From: a virus
DNA length: 64,000 nucleotides
IMG/VR virus record: IMGVR_UViG_3300020477_001012
Location: 64,001 to 128,000 of that record
Strand: one strand, 5' to 3'
Under the pieces are notes generated by a model that saw only the letters and a program-made list of their open reading frames with translations, made no database searches and was not told the origin of the DNA. The position numbers and the translations under genes were made by a program. Below, in pieces: positions 1 to 9,682 of this stretch (its first letter is position 1; each line of letters begins with the position of its first letter).

Positions 1-2054
1 TAATCAAGTCTGCCAATGACTTAATTTCTACAAACAATCCCAATTACCAGTATGTGGCAGCCAGACTGTTAAATATGCAGTTGCGTAAAGAGGTGTGGGG
101 AAGCTCTGAACCTACGAATTTCGTTACGTTCGTGGAGAGAACAGTAGACAACGGCATCTATGATTCAGAGTTTTTAGACAGATGGTCTGAAGACGATTTA
201 AAAGAGTTTAGTTCTTATATTAACCACGGTCGGGATGAACTTTTTACTTATGCTGGATTGCAGCAACTTATTGACAAGTACCTAGTTAAAAATAGAAGCA
301 CGGGCAAGATCTATGAGACCCCTCAACTAGCGTACATGTCTATTGCCATGTGTCTGTTCGATACCGTCTCAGACGTAAAGCGGGCGTATGATGGCTATTC
401 TACGTTTAAAATAAATCTTCCAACGCCTATAATGGCTGGAGTGAGAACCTGCATCAAGCAATTTGCATCATGCGTTCTGGTTGACATCGACGACGATCTC
501 GACGGCATCTTTTCTTCTCTCCACGCTGTTGGTAAATATACAGCTAGACGTGCAGGCATTGGTATCAACATTGGCCGCATGCGTCCCATCAATTCCCCAA
601 TTAGGGGCGGGGAAGTTATTCATACGGGCCTCATTCCCTACCTTAAGAATTTTGAGTCTGCCGTCAAATCCACTAGTCAAAACGGACTAAGGGGAGGCTC
701 TGCCACAGTCCACGTTCCTTTTTGGCACTATGAGATTGAAGATGTCATGGTTCTCAAAAACAATGCGGGCACCGATGATAATAGGGTTCGCAAGCTGGAC
801 TACTCAGTTCAGTTTTGTAAATTATTCTACGAAAGATTAATCAAGAATCAAGACGTGACCCTATTTAGCCCACACGAAGCAGAGGGTTTGTATGAAGCGT
901 TCGGTAACAACAAATCCTTTGAGAAGCTGTACGAAAAATACGAGAATGCCAGATCTCTCAAGTTCAAGAAAAAGGTTCCTGCTCGAAAACTCGCAGAGAT
1001 TTTTGCAAGGGAGCGACTGGAGACTGGGCGTATATACTCCATGAATATTGACACAGCCAACGAAAACGGCTCGTGGGACGTACCTGTATATATGTCCAAC
1101 CTGTGCCAAGAGATCATTCACCCGACTGTACCCATTAAATCTATTGATGATCCAGATGGAGAAATTGGTATTTGTATCCTTTCAGCGTTGAACCTGCTGG
1201 AACTCAATAGCGAGAAAGATATAGCCGACTCTTGCCAGACCATTGTGAAGTCTTTGGAATCTGTCATAGATTACCAGTCTTACCCAGTCCTTGCTGGAGA
1301 AAACTTTACCAAAAATCGCAGATCTTTAGGTGTGGGGGTAACAAATCTAGCTGGATTCTTGGCGAAAAACAAGCTCGGATATGGCGATCAAGAAGCGTTG
1401 GAGTTGGTTCACGAAACCATGGAGCAAATCCAATGGAACCTCCTTAATGCTTCTTGCAGCTTGGCAGAAGAAAAAGGCCCATGCGCAAAGTTTGGTGACA
1501 CAAAATATTCCAAGGGGCTTCTGCCGATAGACTGGTACAAGAAAGAGGTGGACGAATTAGTCAAACCCAAGTACAACATGGACTGGGAAGGTCTGCGCAA
1601 AAGAATAAAAAAATTCGGATTGCGCCACTCCACAATGTCGGCTGTGATGCCCTGTGAGTCCTCTAGTGTCATCCAGAACAGCACTAATGGTATTGAGCCA
1701 GTCAGAAGCCTACTTTCATATAAAAAGGCTAAGAATGGGGTTCTAAAGCAATTAGTCCCGAACTACCATATGAGAAAAAATTATTATACTTTGGCTTGGG
1801 AAATCACCGACAATAAGGATATAATGAATATGGCAGCAGTGATTCAGAAGTTTGTAGATATGAGTATGAGCACAAACTTATACTACAATTATGATCACTA
1901 CGAGAATGGAAATATTCCACTAAGCCAATTAATTAAAGATCAGGTTTATGGATACAAATACGGACTCAAGAACTTTTATTACGCCAACACCCCAGATGGA
2001 GATGGCGACCTTGAGAAGGAAATGAATTGTGAATCGGGAGCATGTGCTATATAG
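1..2054 (+). CDS. nrdA: Ribonucleotide reductase class Ia alpha subunit (5' end lies outside the window)
   Basis: Frame is open upstream of the listed start (IKSANDLISTNNPNYQYVAARL, ATP-cone end). Motifs PTPIMAG, QFASCVL, SNLCQEI (thiyl Cys), MPCESSS, GLKNFYY and C-terminal CESGAC. No intein seen. Confidence 0.97.
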   Translation, partial: IKSANDLISTNNPNYQYVAARLLNMQLRKEVWGSSEPTNFVTFVERTVDNGIYDSEFLDRWSEDDLKEFSSYINHGRDELFTYAGLQQLIDKYLVKNRSTGKIYETPQLAYMSIAMCLFDTVSDVKRAYDGYSTFKINLPTPIMAGVRTCIKQFASCVLVDIDDDLDGIFSSLHAVGKYTARRAGIGINIGRMRPINSPIRGGEVIHTGLIPYLKNFESAVKSTSQNGLRGGSATVHVPFWHYEIEDVMVLKNNAGTDDNRVRKLDYSVQFCKLFYERLIKNQDVTLFSPHEAEGLYEAFGNNKSFEKLYEKYENARSLKFKKKVPARKLAEIFARERLETGRIYSMNIDTANENGSWDVPVYMSNLCQEIIHPTVPIKSIDDPDGEIGICILSALNLLELNSEKDIADSCQTIVKSLESVIDYQSYPVLAGENFTKNRRSLGVGVTNLAGFLAKNKLGYGDQEALELVHETMEQIQWNLLNASCSLAEEKGPCAKFGDTKYSKGLLPIDWYKKEVDELVKPKYNMDWEGLRKRIKKFGLRHSTMSAVMPCESSSVIQNSTNGIEPVRSLLSYKKAKNGVLKQLVPNYHMRKNYYTLAWEITDNKDIMNMAAVIQKFVDMSMSTNLYYNYDHYENGNIPLSQLIKDQVYGYKYGLKNFYYANTPDGDGDLEKEMNCESGACAI

Positions 2055-2077
2055 CACAGGTTAAATAGGAGAGCAAT

Positions 2078-3634
2078 ATGTTCAAAGACTATGCGGGACG
2101 GAATTTTATAGACGGTGTATGGTGCGGCGATTCGGATCAGATGTTTTCTAAGTTAGATCCATGTACCGGGGAGGAGATGGCTAGGTTTCCCCAATCTACA
2201 GAGTGTGAGGTTAGAGATGCCTGCGCCTTGGCGAGAGAAACATTTAACGACTGGAAAAAACTCAGCCGAGTCAACAGGGCGGAATATCTATATAAAGTCG
2301 CTAAAATTATAGAGAGAGATCTAGAACAGTTTGCCACAGCTATTTCTGTAGAAACCGGAAAGAACTATAACGAATCAATAGCCGAGGTCAACGAGGCCCT
2401 TCATATGGCCCAATATGCCTTTGGCTCTGGCAGAACCCCACAAGGAGAATGCATTGCGTCCGAAATTCCTGAAAAAGATGCCTATATGCTGCGAAAGCCC
2501 AAAGGTGTTATTGCTGTCATTAGTCCTTGGAATTTTCCTCTTGCCATTGGTGCTTTTTGGTGCGCTGCTCCGGCTTTGGTGGAAGGAAACACTGTTATTA
2601 TCAAGCCGAGTGAAGATGCACCCCTCAGCACTGAACTGGCCGTAAAGGCATACGCAGAGGCAGGTATCCCAGCGGGGGTTCTTCAGCTATTGCACGGCGA
2701 TGGAAATGTTGGAGATATGCTTGCTAAGAATGGAGAGGTGGATCACATTTGTTTTACCGGCAGCGCAAAAGTAGGACAACATATCAGAAGGATCTGTGCG
2801 GATAGCTGGCACAAAACGTGCTCCTGCGAACTAGGTAGTAAGTCTGCGGTTATCGTATTTAATGACGCAAACTTTGATCTTGCGGTGTCGGCATGTATTG
2901 CAAGCTCCTTTAAATTATCAGGACAGAGATGTGTATCTGCCGGAAGAATCTTAGTGCAAAGAGGTATATACGACGAGTTTGCAGACAGCTTTGCTAGTTA
3001 TGCGTCTCAAGTTTCTCCCGGGAAACCGTTTAATGATCAAGCCACCGAACTTAAAGAAAGCAGAAACTTTTTTGCGTTTGGAGAGGGTAGATCTAGCTGG
3101 GTAACCCCAGTCGCAAATGAATTGGCGTACATGGGTCCGCTCATCAATCAGCAGCAGATTAATACGGTAATGGGATATAACCACATGGTGCTTGAAGATC
3201 CACAGGCCGAAGTTTTAGTAAAGCCTGCATACTCAGGTCCGGGTTATTTTGTAACCCCGCTCGTATACAAGACTGAGTGGAGAGATGTTTCCTATTTAAA
3301 GAACGAGGTATTTGGTCCCCATGTTTCTATTATTCCCTTTGATAATGTTGATGATGCTGTCCGCATTTATAACGATACTGCTTATGGACTGGCCGTTGGA
3401 GTGATCACCGAAGACTTCAAAAAAGCGAGGATTTGTCGTGACAACTGTGATTACGGTATGTGCTATTGGAATGGTGGTTCTATCGCTGCTGAGTCTCACA
3501 TGGCTTTTGGAGGAGTGAAAAAGTCAGGGAACGGATTCCCGTCAGCGGCCCGAACGTTCAGGGCGGTTACTCATGAAGTGTCATGGACTGTCAACCATGA
3601 TGACACTCTTAGCTTTCCACAGGGGATGAAATAA
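2078..3634 (+). CDS. NAD-dependent aldehyde dehydrogenase (AldH / aminoadipate-semialdehyde dehydrogenase-like)
   Basis: ISPWNFP, KPSEDAP, FTGS, catalytic Glu in CELGSK, catalytic Cys in GQRCVS, EVFGP, FGGVKKSG. AGGAG RBS upstream. Confidence 0.93.
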   Translation: MFKDYAGRNFIDGVWCGDSDQMFSKLDPCTGEEMARFPQSTECEVRDACALARETFNDWKKLSRVNRAEYLYKVAKIIERDLEQFATAISVETGKNYNESIAEVNEALHMAQYAFGSGRTPQGECIASEIPEKDAYMLRKPKGVIAVISPWNFPLAIGAFWCAAPALVEGNTVIIKPSEDAPLSTELAVKAYAEAGIPAGVLQLLHGDGNVGDMLAKNGEVDHICFTGSAKVGQHIRRICADSWHKTCSCELGSKSAVIVFNDANFDLAVSACIASSFKLSGQRCVSAGRILVQRGIYDEFADSFASYASQVSPGKPFNDQATELKESRNFFAFGEGRSSWVTPVANELAYMGPLINQQQINTVMGYNHMVLEDPQAEVLVKPAYSGPGYFVTPLVYKTEWRDVSYLKNEVFGPHVSIIPFDNVDDAVRIYNDTAYGLAVGVITEDFKKARICRDNCDYGMCYWNGGSIAAESHMAFGGVKKSGNGFPSAARTFRAVTHEVSWTVNHDDTLSFPQGMK

Positions 3635-3795
3635 TGGGGATGTGGGCTTTAGTTTTAGCCTTTCTATTATATCTTGTTGTGTCTATAGACTTATTCTCTA
3701 AAAAGAACTATGCTTTATCACTCGTGTTTCTATGTTATGCAGTATCCAACCTTGCATACATCTGGGTCGGTGATTATTTAAGAGGGCCAAAATAG
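3634..3795 (+). CDS. Small two-helix membrane protein, 53 aa (not in the ORF track)
   Basis: ATG overlaps the ALDH stop (TAATG) and its TAG overlaps the next GTG start. Translation MGMWALVLAFLLYLVVSIDLFSKKNYALSLVFLCYAVSNLAYIWVGDYLRGPK fills the gap exactly. Confidence 0.75.
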   Translation: MGMWALVLAFLLYLVVSIDLFSKKNYALSLVFLCYAVSNLAYIWVGDYLRGPK

Positions 3796-4640
3796 TGGGC
3801 AATAATGGTCTGCGGAATATAGGTGTTGTGGGCAATGGCTTTGTCGGCTCAGCCGTAGCGTTTGGATTTTCGCATCTCACAGGGTGCGAGGCAAACGTCA
3901 GGGTGTACGACAAAGATAAATCAAGGTCGTCAGCCGAGCTATCAGATGTTGTTAACGAGTCTGACTTTATCTTCGTGTCGGTTCCAACCCCCGCCAACAG
4001 CGATGGCTCTGTCAATATAGATATAGTAGAAGATGTCTTTGCTGAAATGAATGAGCTTAACACAAGCAAGAACAACATATTCCTACTTCGGTCCACCGTG
4101 GTCCCGGGGACCACAAGAAAGATTCAAGAAGACTGCCCAAACTTGAATATAGTATTTAATCCCGAATTTCTCACCGAGAAGTCGGCCAAGTTTGACTTCA
4201 TAAACCCGTCTCGGTTTATACTAGGTGGCTTTCAGAAGGTGCTGGACTACCATACAATTAAAGCGGGAGACCTTTTAAAATGGAGATTCGGCCCCAGCGT
4301 TCCTATTATAAAGACTGATTACGAAACGGCAGAATTTATTAAGTATATGAATAATTGCTATTTTGCCACGAAAGTGTCTTTTCTAAACGAGATGAATCAG
4401 ATTGCTAGCGAATGTGGGGTCAATTGGGATGCGGCTATAGACGGCTTTTCAAGAGACGGCAGGGTTGGTCACTCACACCTGTCAGTTCCCGGTCCCGATG
4501 GTAAGTATGGTTTTGGAGGTAGCTGTTTCCCAAAGGACATACAGGCTATGATTAGCTTTGCTAAAACATTGGGAGTCGAACCCACCATGTTGGAGGGTGC
4601 GTGGAGCAAGAACTTAGAAGTTAGACCAAGCGATACATAA
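3795..4640 (+). CDS. ugd: UDP-glucose/GDP-mannose dehydrogenase family, short form lacking the C-terminal domain
   Basis: GNGFVG Rossmann motif, SVPTP, RSTVVPGT, NPEFL, KYMNN..ATKVSFLNE, catalytic GFGGSCFPKD. Confidence 0.85.
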   Translation: MGNNGLRNIGVVGNGFVGSAVAFGFSHLTGCEANVRVYDKDKSRSSAELSDVVNESDFIFVSVPTPANSDGSVNIDIVEDVFAEMNELNTSKNNIFLLRSTVVPGTTRKIQEDCPNLNIVFNPEFLTEKSAKFDFINPSRFILGGFQKVLDYHTIKAGDLLKWRFGPSVPIIKTDYETAEFIKYMNNCYFATKVSFLNEMNQIASECGVNWDAAIDGFSRDGRVGHSHLSVPGPDGKYGFGGSCFPKDIQAMISFAKTLGVEPTMLEGAWSKNLEVRPSDT

Positions 4641-4650
4641 GGATGATCAT

Positions 4651-5739
4651 ATGAGAGCAGCAGTAATTGGAACAGGTAGAATGGGTAGCGCCATAGCTTG
4701 GGCGATAGACAAATTATCAGATTTAGATGTGTTAACGCTGGTTGATTCCAACTCGGATAGTCTTAACCGGTGCGCAGATAACGTGGAACGTTCACCACTT
4801 AAAAGCTGTCTTCTATCTGAATGGACACCTGATTATTCACCGCTAAATAATAATGACATAGTGGTCTCTGCAATGCCCTACCATCAAAATTGGAAGGTTG
4901 CCAAATTTTGCATAGACCATAACGTGCCTTACTGCGATCTTGGTGGGCATGTAGAAACCAGCAAGAAGATTAACGAGTACGCTACATCTAATAACCAAGT
5001 AGTAGCAACAGATTTGGGTCTAGCCCCCGGGTGGGTAAACATCCTAGCGGAACGTGGATATCAATCGTATAATGCCAATAGCAAAGTCGCCCGGACCCCA
5101 ACATTAATAGAGATGATGGTTGGAGGACTTCCTATTCATCCTAGTAACTATTTAAAATATAGCTGTACGTGGTCATATGATGGGTTAGTCAATGAATATA
5201 AAGACCAATGTGAAGTTCTGGTTGATGGAGACATCAAGCTAGTTGACGGGATGTCTGGACTCACTCACATACAAACAGGCTTAGGTGACATGGAGGCATT
5301 TTATACAAGTGGAGGGGCTTCTCATACCATCAAGACTATGCTACAAAGAGGTGTTAAGAACTGCCACTACAAAACAATTCGGTATCAAGGACATTGCGAG
5401 GCCATAAAGTTTTTAATGAGCGAATGCGGACTAAGCGACGATGAGCTTGTCAAACTATTGCAAAATGCGTGCCCCCCAGCGGACGACTTAGTGATCATTA
5501 AAGCTAGAGTGGGAATTGGACACGCAAGTGATTGGAATACAGAAAAAGTTATATATCGGAACGATAAATTTTCAGCGATGCAGATGGCCACAGCGTTCCC
5601 GGTGGCTGTTGTAGCTACTATTATGGGAAACAAGGATCGAGATGAGCTAGGCACAGAACCATTGTCTTACAAAGACATTGCCTGCTCCTACGAAGAGTTT
5701 GAAAGTAGCCTAGAATATCTCTTTAGGGAAGTAAAATGA
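4651..5739 (+). CDS. Saccharopine dehydrogenase family, lysine 6-dehydrogenase-like
   Basis: GTGRMG, YCDLGG, DLGLAPG, VGGLP, TWSYDGLVNEY, EAFYTSGG, YKTIRYQGH, SAMQMATAFP. Confidence 0.85.
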   Translation: MRAAVIGTGRMGSAIAWAIDKLSDLDVLTLVDSNSDSLNRCADNVERSPLKSCLLSEWTPDYSPLNNNDIVVSAMPYHQNWKVAKFCIDHNVPYCDLGGHVETSKKINEYATSNNQVVATDLGLAPGWVNILAERGYQSYNANSKVARTPTLIEMMVGGLPIHPSNYLKYSCTWSYDGLVNEYKDQCEVLVDGDIKLVDGMSGLTHIQTGLGDMEAFYTSGGASHTIKTMLQRGVKNCHYKTIRYQGHCEAIKFLMSECGLSDDELVKLLQNACPPADDLVIIKARVGIGHASDWNTEKVIYRNDKFSAMQMATAFPVAVVATIMGNKDRDELGTEPLSYKDIACSYEEFESSLEYLFREVK

Positions 5740-6806
5740 AATCCATATTCAATATGAAGAATGTAGACCCAATGAATCAACCTCTTTTTCTGGGGAAGGA
5801 TCTCGGTGTTCAAAGATACGACATCGTTAAATACCCAGTGTTTAAAAATCTCGACAGTAGACAGATGATGAACTTCTGGAGGCCAGAAGAAATAGAACTT
5901 AAAAAGGATAGGGGCGACTTTAAGGAGATGTCTGATAACGAGAAATTTATTTTTACATCTAACCTTAAATATCAAACGATGCTCGACAGTGTCATCTGCC
6001 GTGGCGTACCCACCCTATTGGAATATGTGACGAACACAGAGCTGGAAGCCTGTATGATGACTTGGCAGTTCTTTGAAAAGATACATAGCCAGAGTTACTC
6101 ATATATTATTCAAAACGTTTATGCCGACAGCAAGGAAGTGTTTGGGGGCATCTATGAAGATAAAGAGATTATGAAAAGAGCAAAAAGTGCCATTGAGGAT
6201 TATAATAACCTAATGGGTATGGCTTGTGATAGCACAAAGATAGCTGATTTAAAGAAGCAAATCTATATGACAATTATGAGTATAAATATTCTTGAGGCCG
6301 TTCGATTTTATGTTAGCTTTGTTTGTTCATTTGCGTTTGCGGAAAACAAAAAAATGGTTGGCAATGCAGATATTGTCAAGCTTATTAAGCGTGACGAGGC
6401 TTTACATTTATCTAATACCCAAGAAATACTTAAGATCTTACACAAGGAAGAAGATGAGGGTTTTGTTAAAACAGCAAAGCAGTGTGAAGAGGCTGCTGTG
6501 GAAATGTTTGAACATGCTGCCAACGAGGAGAAAGAATGGGCATCCTACCTCTTTAAAGACGGTTCTATCATTGGGCTAAACGAAACTGTGCTACACCAAT
6601 ACATTGACTGGTTATGTATGACAAGACGCAAGACCATCGGCCTGCCTTACAGCACGGGAAAAAACCCAATCGCTGGTTGGACTGAACCTTGGATGAATAG
6701 TGAAGCCGTGCAGGTTGCGCCTCAAGAGCATGAGATCACTAGCTATAAAATTGGTGCTAGCACTAATGACTTGGAAGACGTGGACTTCGGAGATTTAAAA
6801 CTATGA
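5736..6806 (+). CDS. nrdB: Ribonucleotide reductase class Ia beta subunit
   Basis: FWRPEEI, QTMLDS, EKIHSQSY (radical Tyr), LEAVRFYVSF, RDEALH, VQVAPQE. Confidence 0.97.
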   Translation: MKSIFNMKNVDPMNQPLFLGKDLGVQRYDIVKYPVFKNLDSRQMMNFWRPEEIELKKDRGDFKEMSDNEKFIFTSNLKYQTMLDSVICRGVPTLLEYVTNTELEACMMTWQFFEKIHSQSYSYIIQNVYADSKEVFGGIYEDKEIMKRAKSAIEDYNNLMGMACDSTKIADLKKQIYMTIMSINILEAVRFYVSFVCSFAFAENKKMVGNADIVKLIKRDEALHLSNTQEILKILHKEEDEGFVKTAKQCEEAAVEMFEHAANEEKEWASYLFKDGSIIGLNETVLHQYIDWLCMTRRKTIGLPYSTGKNPIAGWTEPWMNSEAVQVAPQEHEITSYKIGASTNDLEDVDFGDLKL

Positions 6807-7201
6807 CAGAAGACTCTGAGAATTGTATGCATGATCAGACAGCAAGGATGAAACAATTAGTTGAACATAATGCCAAGCCAAAGGGATGCTGGAGAAAAAA
6901 TCACTTAGATGTTTTGATAAGCAAAGTGATTCTTTGGCACCGCGACCGCAATCTTATTGATGGTAGCTCGGACAAGGATCAAGTACTCAAATTAGCCCAA
7001 GAGCTAGGGGAGCTATCGGATTCGGTGTGTAAGAACAAGGACATTAAGGATGACATCGGTGACATGCTTGTTGTTATGTTAAACATCGTGGAACGAAATG
7101 GTCTATCATTATCGGAATGCTTAGAAACAGCATACGACGACATCAAGGACCGCAAGGGTAAAATGGTAGATGGTGTATTTGTGAAGGAGGAAGACCAATA
7201 G
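6803..7201 (+). CDS. MazG-like nucleotide pyrophosphohydrolase
   Basis: KLAQELGEL...DDIGDMLVV...AYDDIKDRKGKMVDGVFVK, typical phage MazG-like pattern. Confidence 0.85.
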   Translation: MTEDSENCMHDQTARMKQLVEHNAKPKGCWRKNHLDVLISKVILWHRDRNLIDGSSDKDQVLKLAQELGELSDSVCKNKDIKDDIGDMLVVMLNIVERNGLSLSECLETAYDDIKDRKGKMVDGVFVKEEDQ

Positions 7202-7229
7202 CAAAATTACCCTATAAAAAGGCATATTC

Positions 7230-7892
7230 ATGAGAGATAAATCTAATAGAAGGCAAAAAAGATATAACAAAATTGTTCCACTGGAGGCCAAAACTGACAA
7301 TCAGAAAGACTATATCAGAACGATAATAGAGAACGATGTAATTTTCTGTTCTGGTCCGTCAGGCTCAGGAAAATCTTTTGTTGCTTCAGGGGTTGCGGCA
7401 GAACACCTACATACGAAAAAGATTGAAAAGATAATCGTCACCAGACCACTGGTCTGCGCTGGCAAGGATGTGGGGTCTCTACCGGGAGAACTATTTGAAA
7501 AAATAGCTCCCTACCAAGGCCCAATGCAGGAGAATTTAAAGTACTTTCTCACTCAGGCTTATTATGGTCTGTATGTCAACGAGGGAAAGATCTGCTACGC
7601 CCCACTGGAAACCATGAGGGGTGCTACTTTTCACAACGCATACATGCTATTGGATGAAGCCCAAAACTGCACTTTTGATCAAATAAAGATGTTCATCACC
7701 CGAATGGGTCAGAACTCAAAGGTTTTGATCAATGGAGATGTGGATCAAACAGACCTTAGAGGCAGAAGTGGACTTCACGAGTGCATAGATCGGTTGTCTT
7801 CTGTGGAGGGCGTCGGCATATGCGAATTAAACTATTCTGACATACAGCGCAACGGTCTGCTTGGCAGAATATTACAGGCTCTGGAGGAATAA
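7230..7892 (+). CDS. phoH: PhoH-like ATPase
   Basis: GPSGSGKS, TRPLV, GSLPG, MRGATF, LDEAQN, TRMG, GDVDQTD. Confidence 0.95.
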   Translation: MRDKSNRRQKRYNKIVPLEAKTDNQKDYIRTIIENDVIFCSGPSGSGKSFVASGVAAEHLHTKKIEKIIVTRPLVCAGKDVGSLPGELFEKIAPYQGPMQENLKYFLTQAYYGLYVNEGKICYAPLETMRGATFHNAYMLLDEAQNCTFDQIKMFITRMGQNSKVLINGDVDQTDLRGRSGLHECIDRLSSVEGVGICELNYSDIQRNGLLGRILQALEE

Positions 7893-7894
7893 AG

Positions 7895-8221
7895 ATGTTA
7901 TATGACTACAAGTGTACCAACTGTGACAACATTCTTACCGATGTGTCCCAAAAAATGAGAGATCCACCCCTTGTCAAGTGCCCGGAATGCAAGAAGAAGA
8001 CCTTGCAGAGAATAATTACCGGTGGGTGTCATGGATTTATCAAGGGTGGCAGCACTCAAATTGACATGGGTAGGGCAAGAGAAGATGCAGCTAAACACAA
8101 GGAACAGTCTGCTCAACCCGAAAAACCTTGGTATCATAAACATGGAACCGCCTCATCTGAGGATATAAACAAGATGACTAAGAAGCAAAAGGCCGAATAC
8201 ATAATGAAGGGTAAAAAATGA
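7895..8221 (+). CDS. FmdB-family zinc ribbon protein
   Basis: YDYKCTNC...CPECKK..LQRII...FIKGG. Confidence 0.8.
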   Translation: MLYDYKCTNCDNILTDVSQKMRDPPLVKCPECKKKTLQRIITGGCHGFIKGGSTQIDMGRAREDAAKHKEQSAQPEKPWYHKHGTASSEDINKMTKKQKAEYIMKGKK

Positions 8222-8538
8222 AATACGTAGAAAAACACACCCCTGTTGATGAACGTACAGAAATATTGTTTAACAAAAACGCCAAACAGATAAATTCTGA
8301 AACAAAAGAGAAAAGTTATGCAAAAGTAATTGTAAAAAATGACCGAGAGACATATTATATAAGGGTATATCAAAGCGTGCCTCTTGACCCCTTGGGGTCA
8401 TACGGTAACCGAACGCGAGACTTGCAGACGAAAATGACGCCAGTATCTAAGGGCACTTTTGATTTCTACATGCTATACCTGAAAACTAACAATTCTGTTT
8501 ACATGACCAGAGCCAGAAGGGGAATGTCCAATGACTAA
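8218..8538 (+). CDS. Hypothetical phage protein
   Basis: Overlap-coupled ORF in a continuous operon; no motif recognised. Confidence 0.7.
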   Translation: MKYVEKHTPVDERTEILFNKNAKQINSETKEKSYAKVIVKNDRETYYIRVYQSVPLDPLGSYGNRTRDLQTKMTPVSKGTFDFYMLYLKTNNSVYMTRARRGMSND

Positions 8539-8824
8539 AAAAGGACCACTTAGTAAATCCGAGAAGTTCTACATAGAGAGTTTTTGCGAGGAGTACGACC
8601 TCAACACACTCTGCAAGGATTTGGACAGGGCGCAACCAATAGTAAAGAAGCATATTGCAAAATGCAAAAAAGAGTCTACCCCACAGGACATTAGCGAGCA
8701 ATTTGCACGCAACGGAGGGTCTACTGTAATGACTCCTAATGCCTCTGAAATGGCAGACAATTTGAGAGGAAAGATGTCGGGTCAAGGTGTCCGTAAAAAT
8801 CAATGCATAACGAGTATAAAATGA
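8531..8824 (+). CDS. Hypothetical protein, possible N-terminal HTH
   Basis: Coupled ORF; LSKSEKFYIE...LNTLCKDLDR looks HTH-like. Confidence 0.65.
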   Translation: MTKKGPLSKSEKFYIESFCEEYDLNTLCKDLDRAQPIVKKHIAKCKKESTPQDISEQFARNGGSTVMTPNASEMADNLRGKMSGQGVRKNQCITSIK

Positions 8825-9237
8825 ACAATGATAAGTGGCTGGAAGCATACCGGACCAACAAGGATGCTGTTTGGATTAAGTGTAAGCTAACCAATGGCGA
8901 AGAATTCTTTTATGATCACCAAATTGGATGGAAGCTGATCAAGCAGGCGTGCAAAAATAATGGCGTGTTTGTTGAAGAATTACACTTGCAATTTAGGTCT
9001 CACGAGGTTACAATAGATGTTGAGGACGCTGAAGCTGTTTATCTAGTCAGATCTGTCATGGGGCAAATGGGTGGTGAAAGCAGGCAGTATTACACTACGG
9101 GAAGACTAGAGGGCGGCAAGATGCACAAAAAGATGTGGCTTACACCCGAATTGATAGTCGAGAAGGAACTAACTGATGAAATCGACGAATGTTTTGAAGA
9201 GGCGATCATCTACAATGAAAAAACGCAAGAGAACTGA
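8821..9237 (+). CDS. Hypothetical phage protein
   Basis: ATGA overlap at 8821-8824 favours this start over 8803. Confidence 0.7.
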   Translation: MNNDKWLEAYRTNKDAVWIKCKLTNGEEFFYDHQIGWKLIKQACKNNGVFVEELHLQFRSHEVTIDVEDAEAVYLVRSVMGQMGGESRQYYTTGRLEGGKMHKKMWLTPELIVEKELTDEIDECFEEAIIYNEKTQEN

Positions 9238-9682
9238 GAAGAGTAGGTACCAGCACGAGAGCACGGGCGATCATTGCACCTGTGCGGCTTATGTTGCAGA
9301 GATTATGTGCAAGAAAAAGGCAGAGTACAAAAATGTAGGTTCTCTGTCGTTCAAGTTTTGGAATACCGAACCTTGGAAGCACACGTTTCGGTACCAGATG
9401 ACTCTGGCAAACAGTTTGCTTAATGATAAAAAGATTAGTGAGAAAGCCCTTGTTAAGGCAGTAAATTCTGAAGAGTTTAATCGAGCAAATATCTTCTCAC
9501 TCAAACACCCGAAAGCCATAGAGATTATTAAAAAGTACGAGTGTCTCATCTCTCAAGATTCGGACAAGCAGCAAGACTTAGAATTAAAACATAATGCCAA
9601 ATCTAGAAAAAAGACTTTTGGCAAGAGATCACAAATAGACAAACTCAGGAGCATCGACCTGTATGCCGAAGAAGAAGAATAA
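9215..9682 (+). CDS. Hypothetical basic protein
   Basis: Likely start MKKRKRTEK at 9215; overlaps both neighbours. Confidence 0.65.
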   Translation: MKKRKRTEKSRYQHESTGDHCTCAAYVAEIMCKKKAEYKNVGSLSFKFWNTEPWKHTFRYQMTLANSLLNDKKISEKALVKAVNSEEFNRANIFSLKHPKAIEIIKKYECLISQDSDKQQDLELKHNAKSRKKTFGKRSQIDKLRSIDLYAEEEE

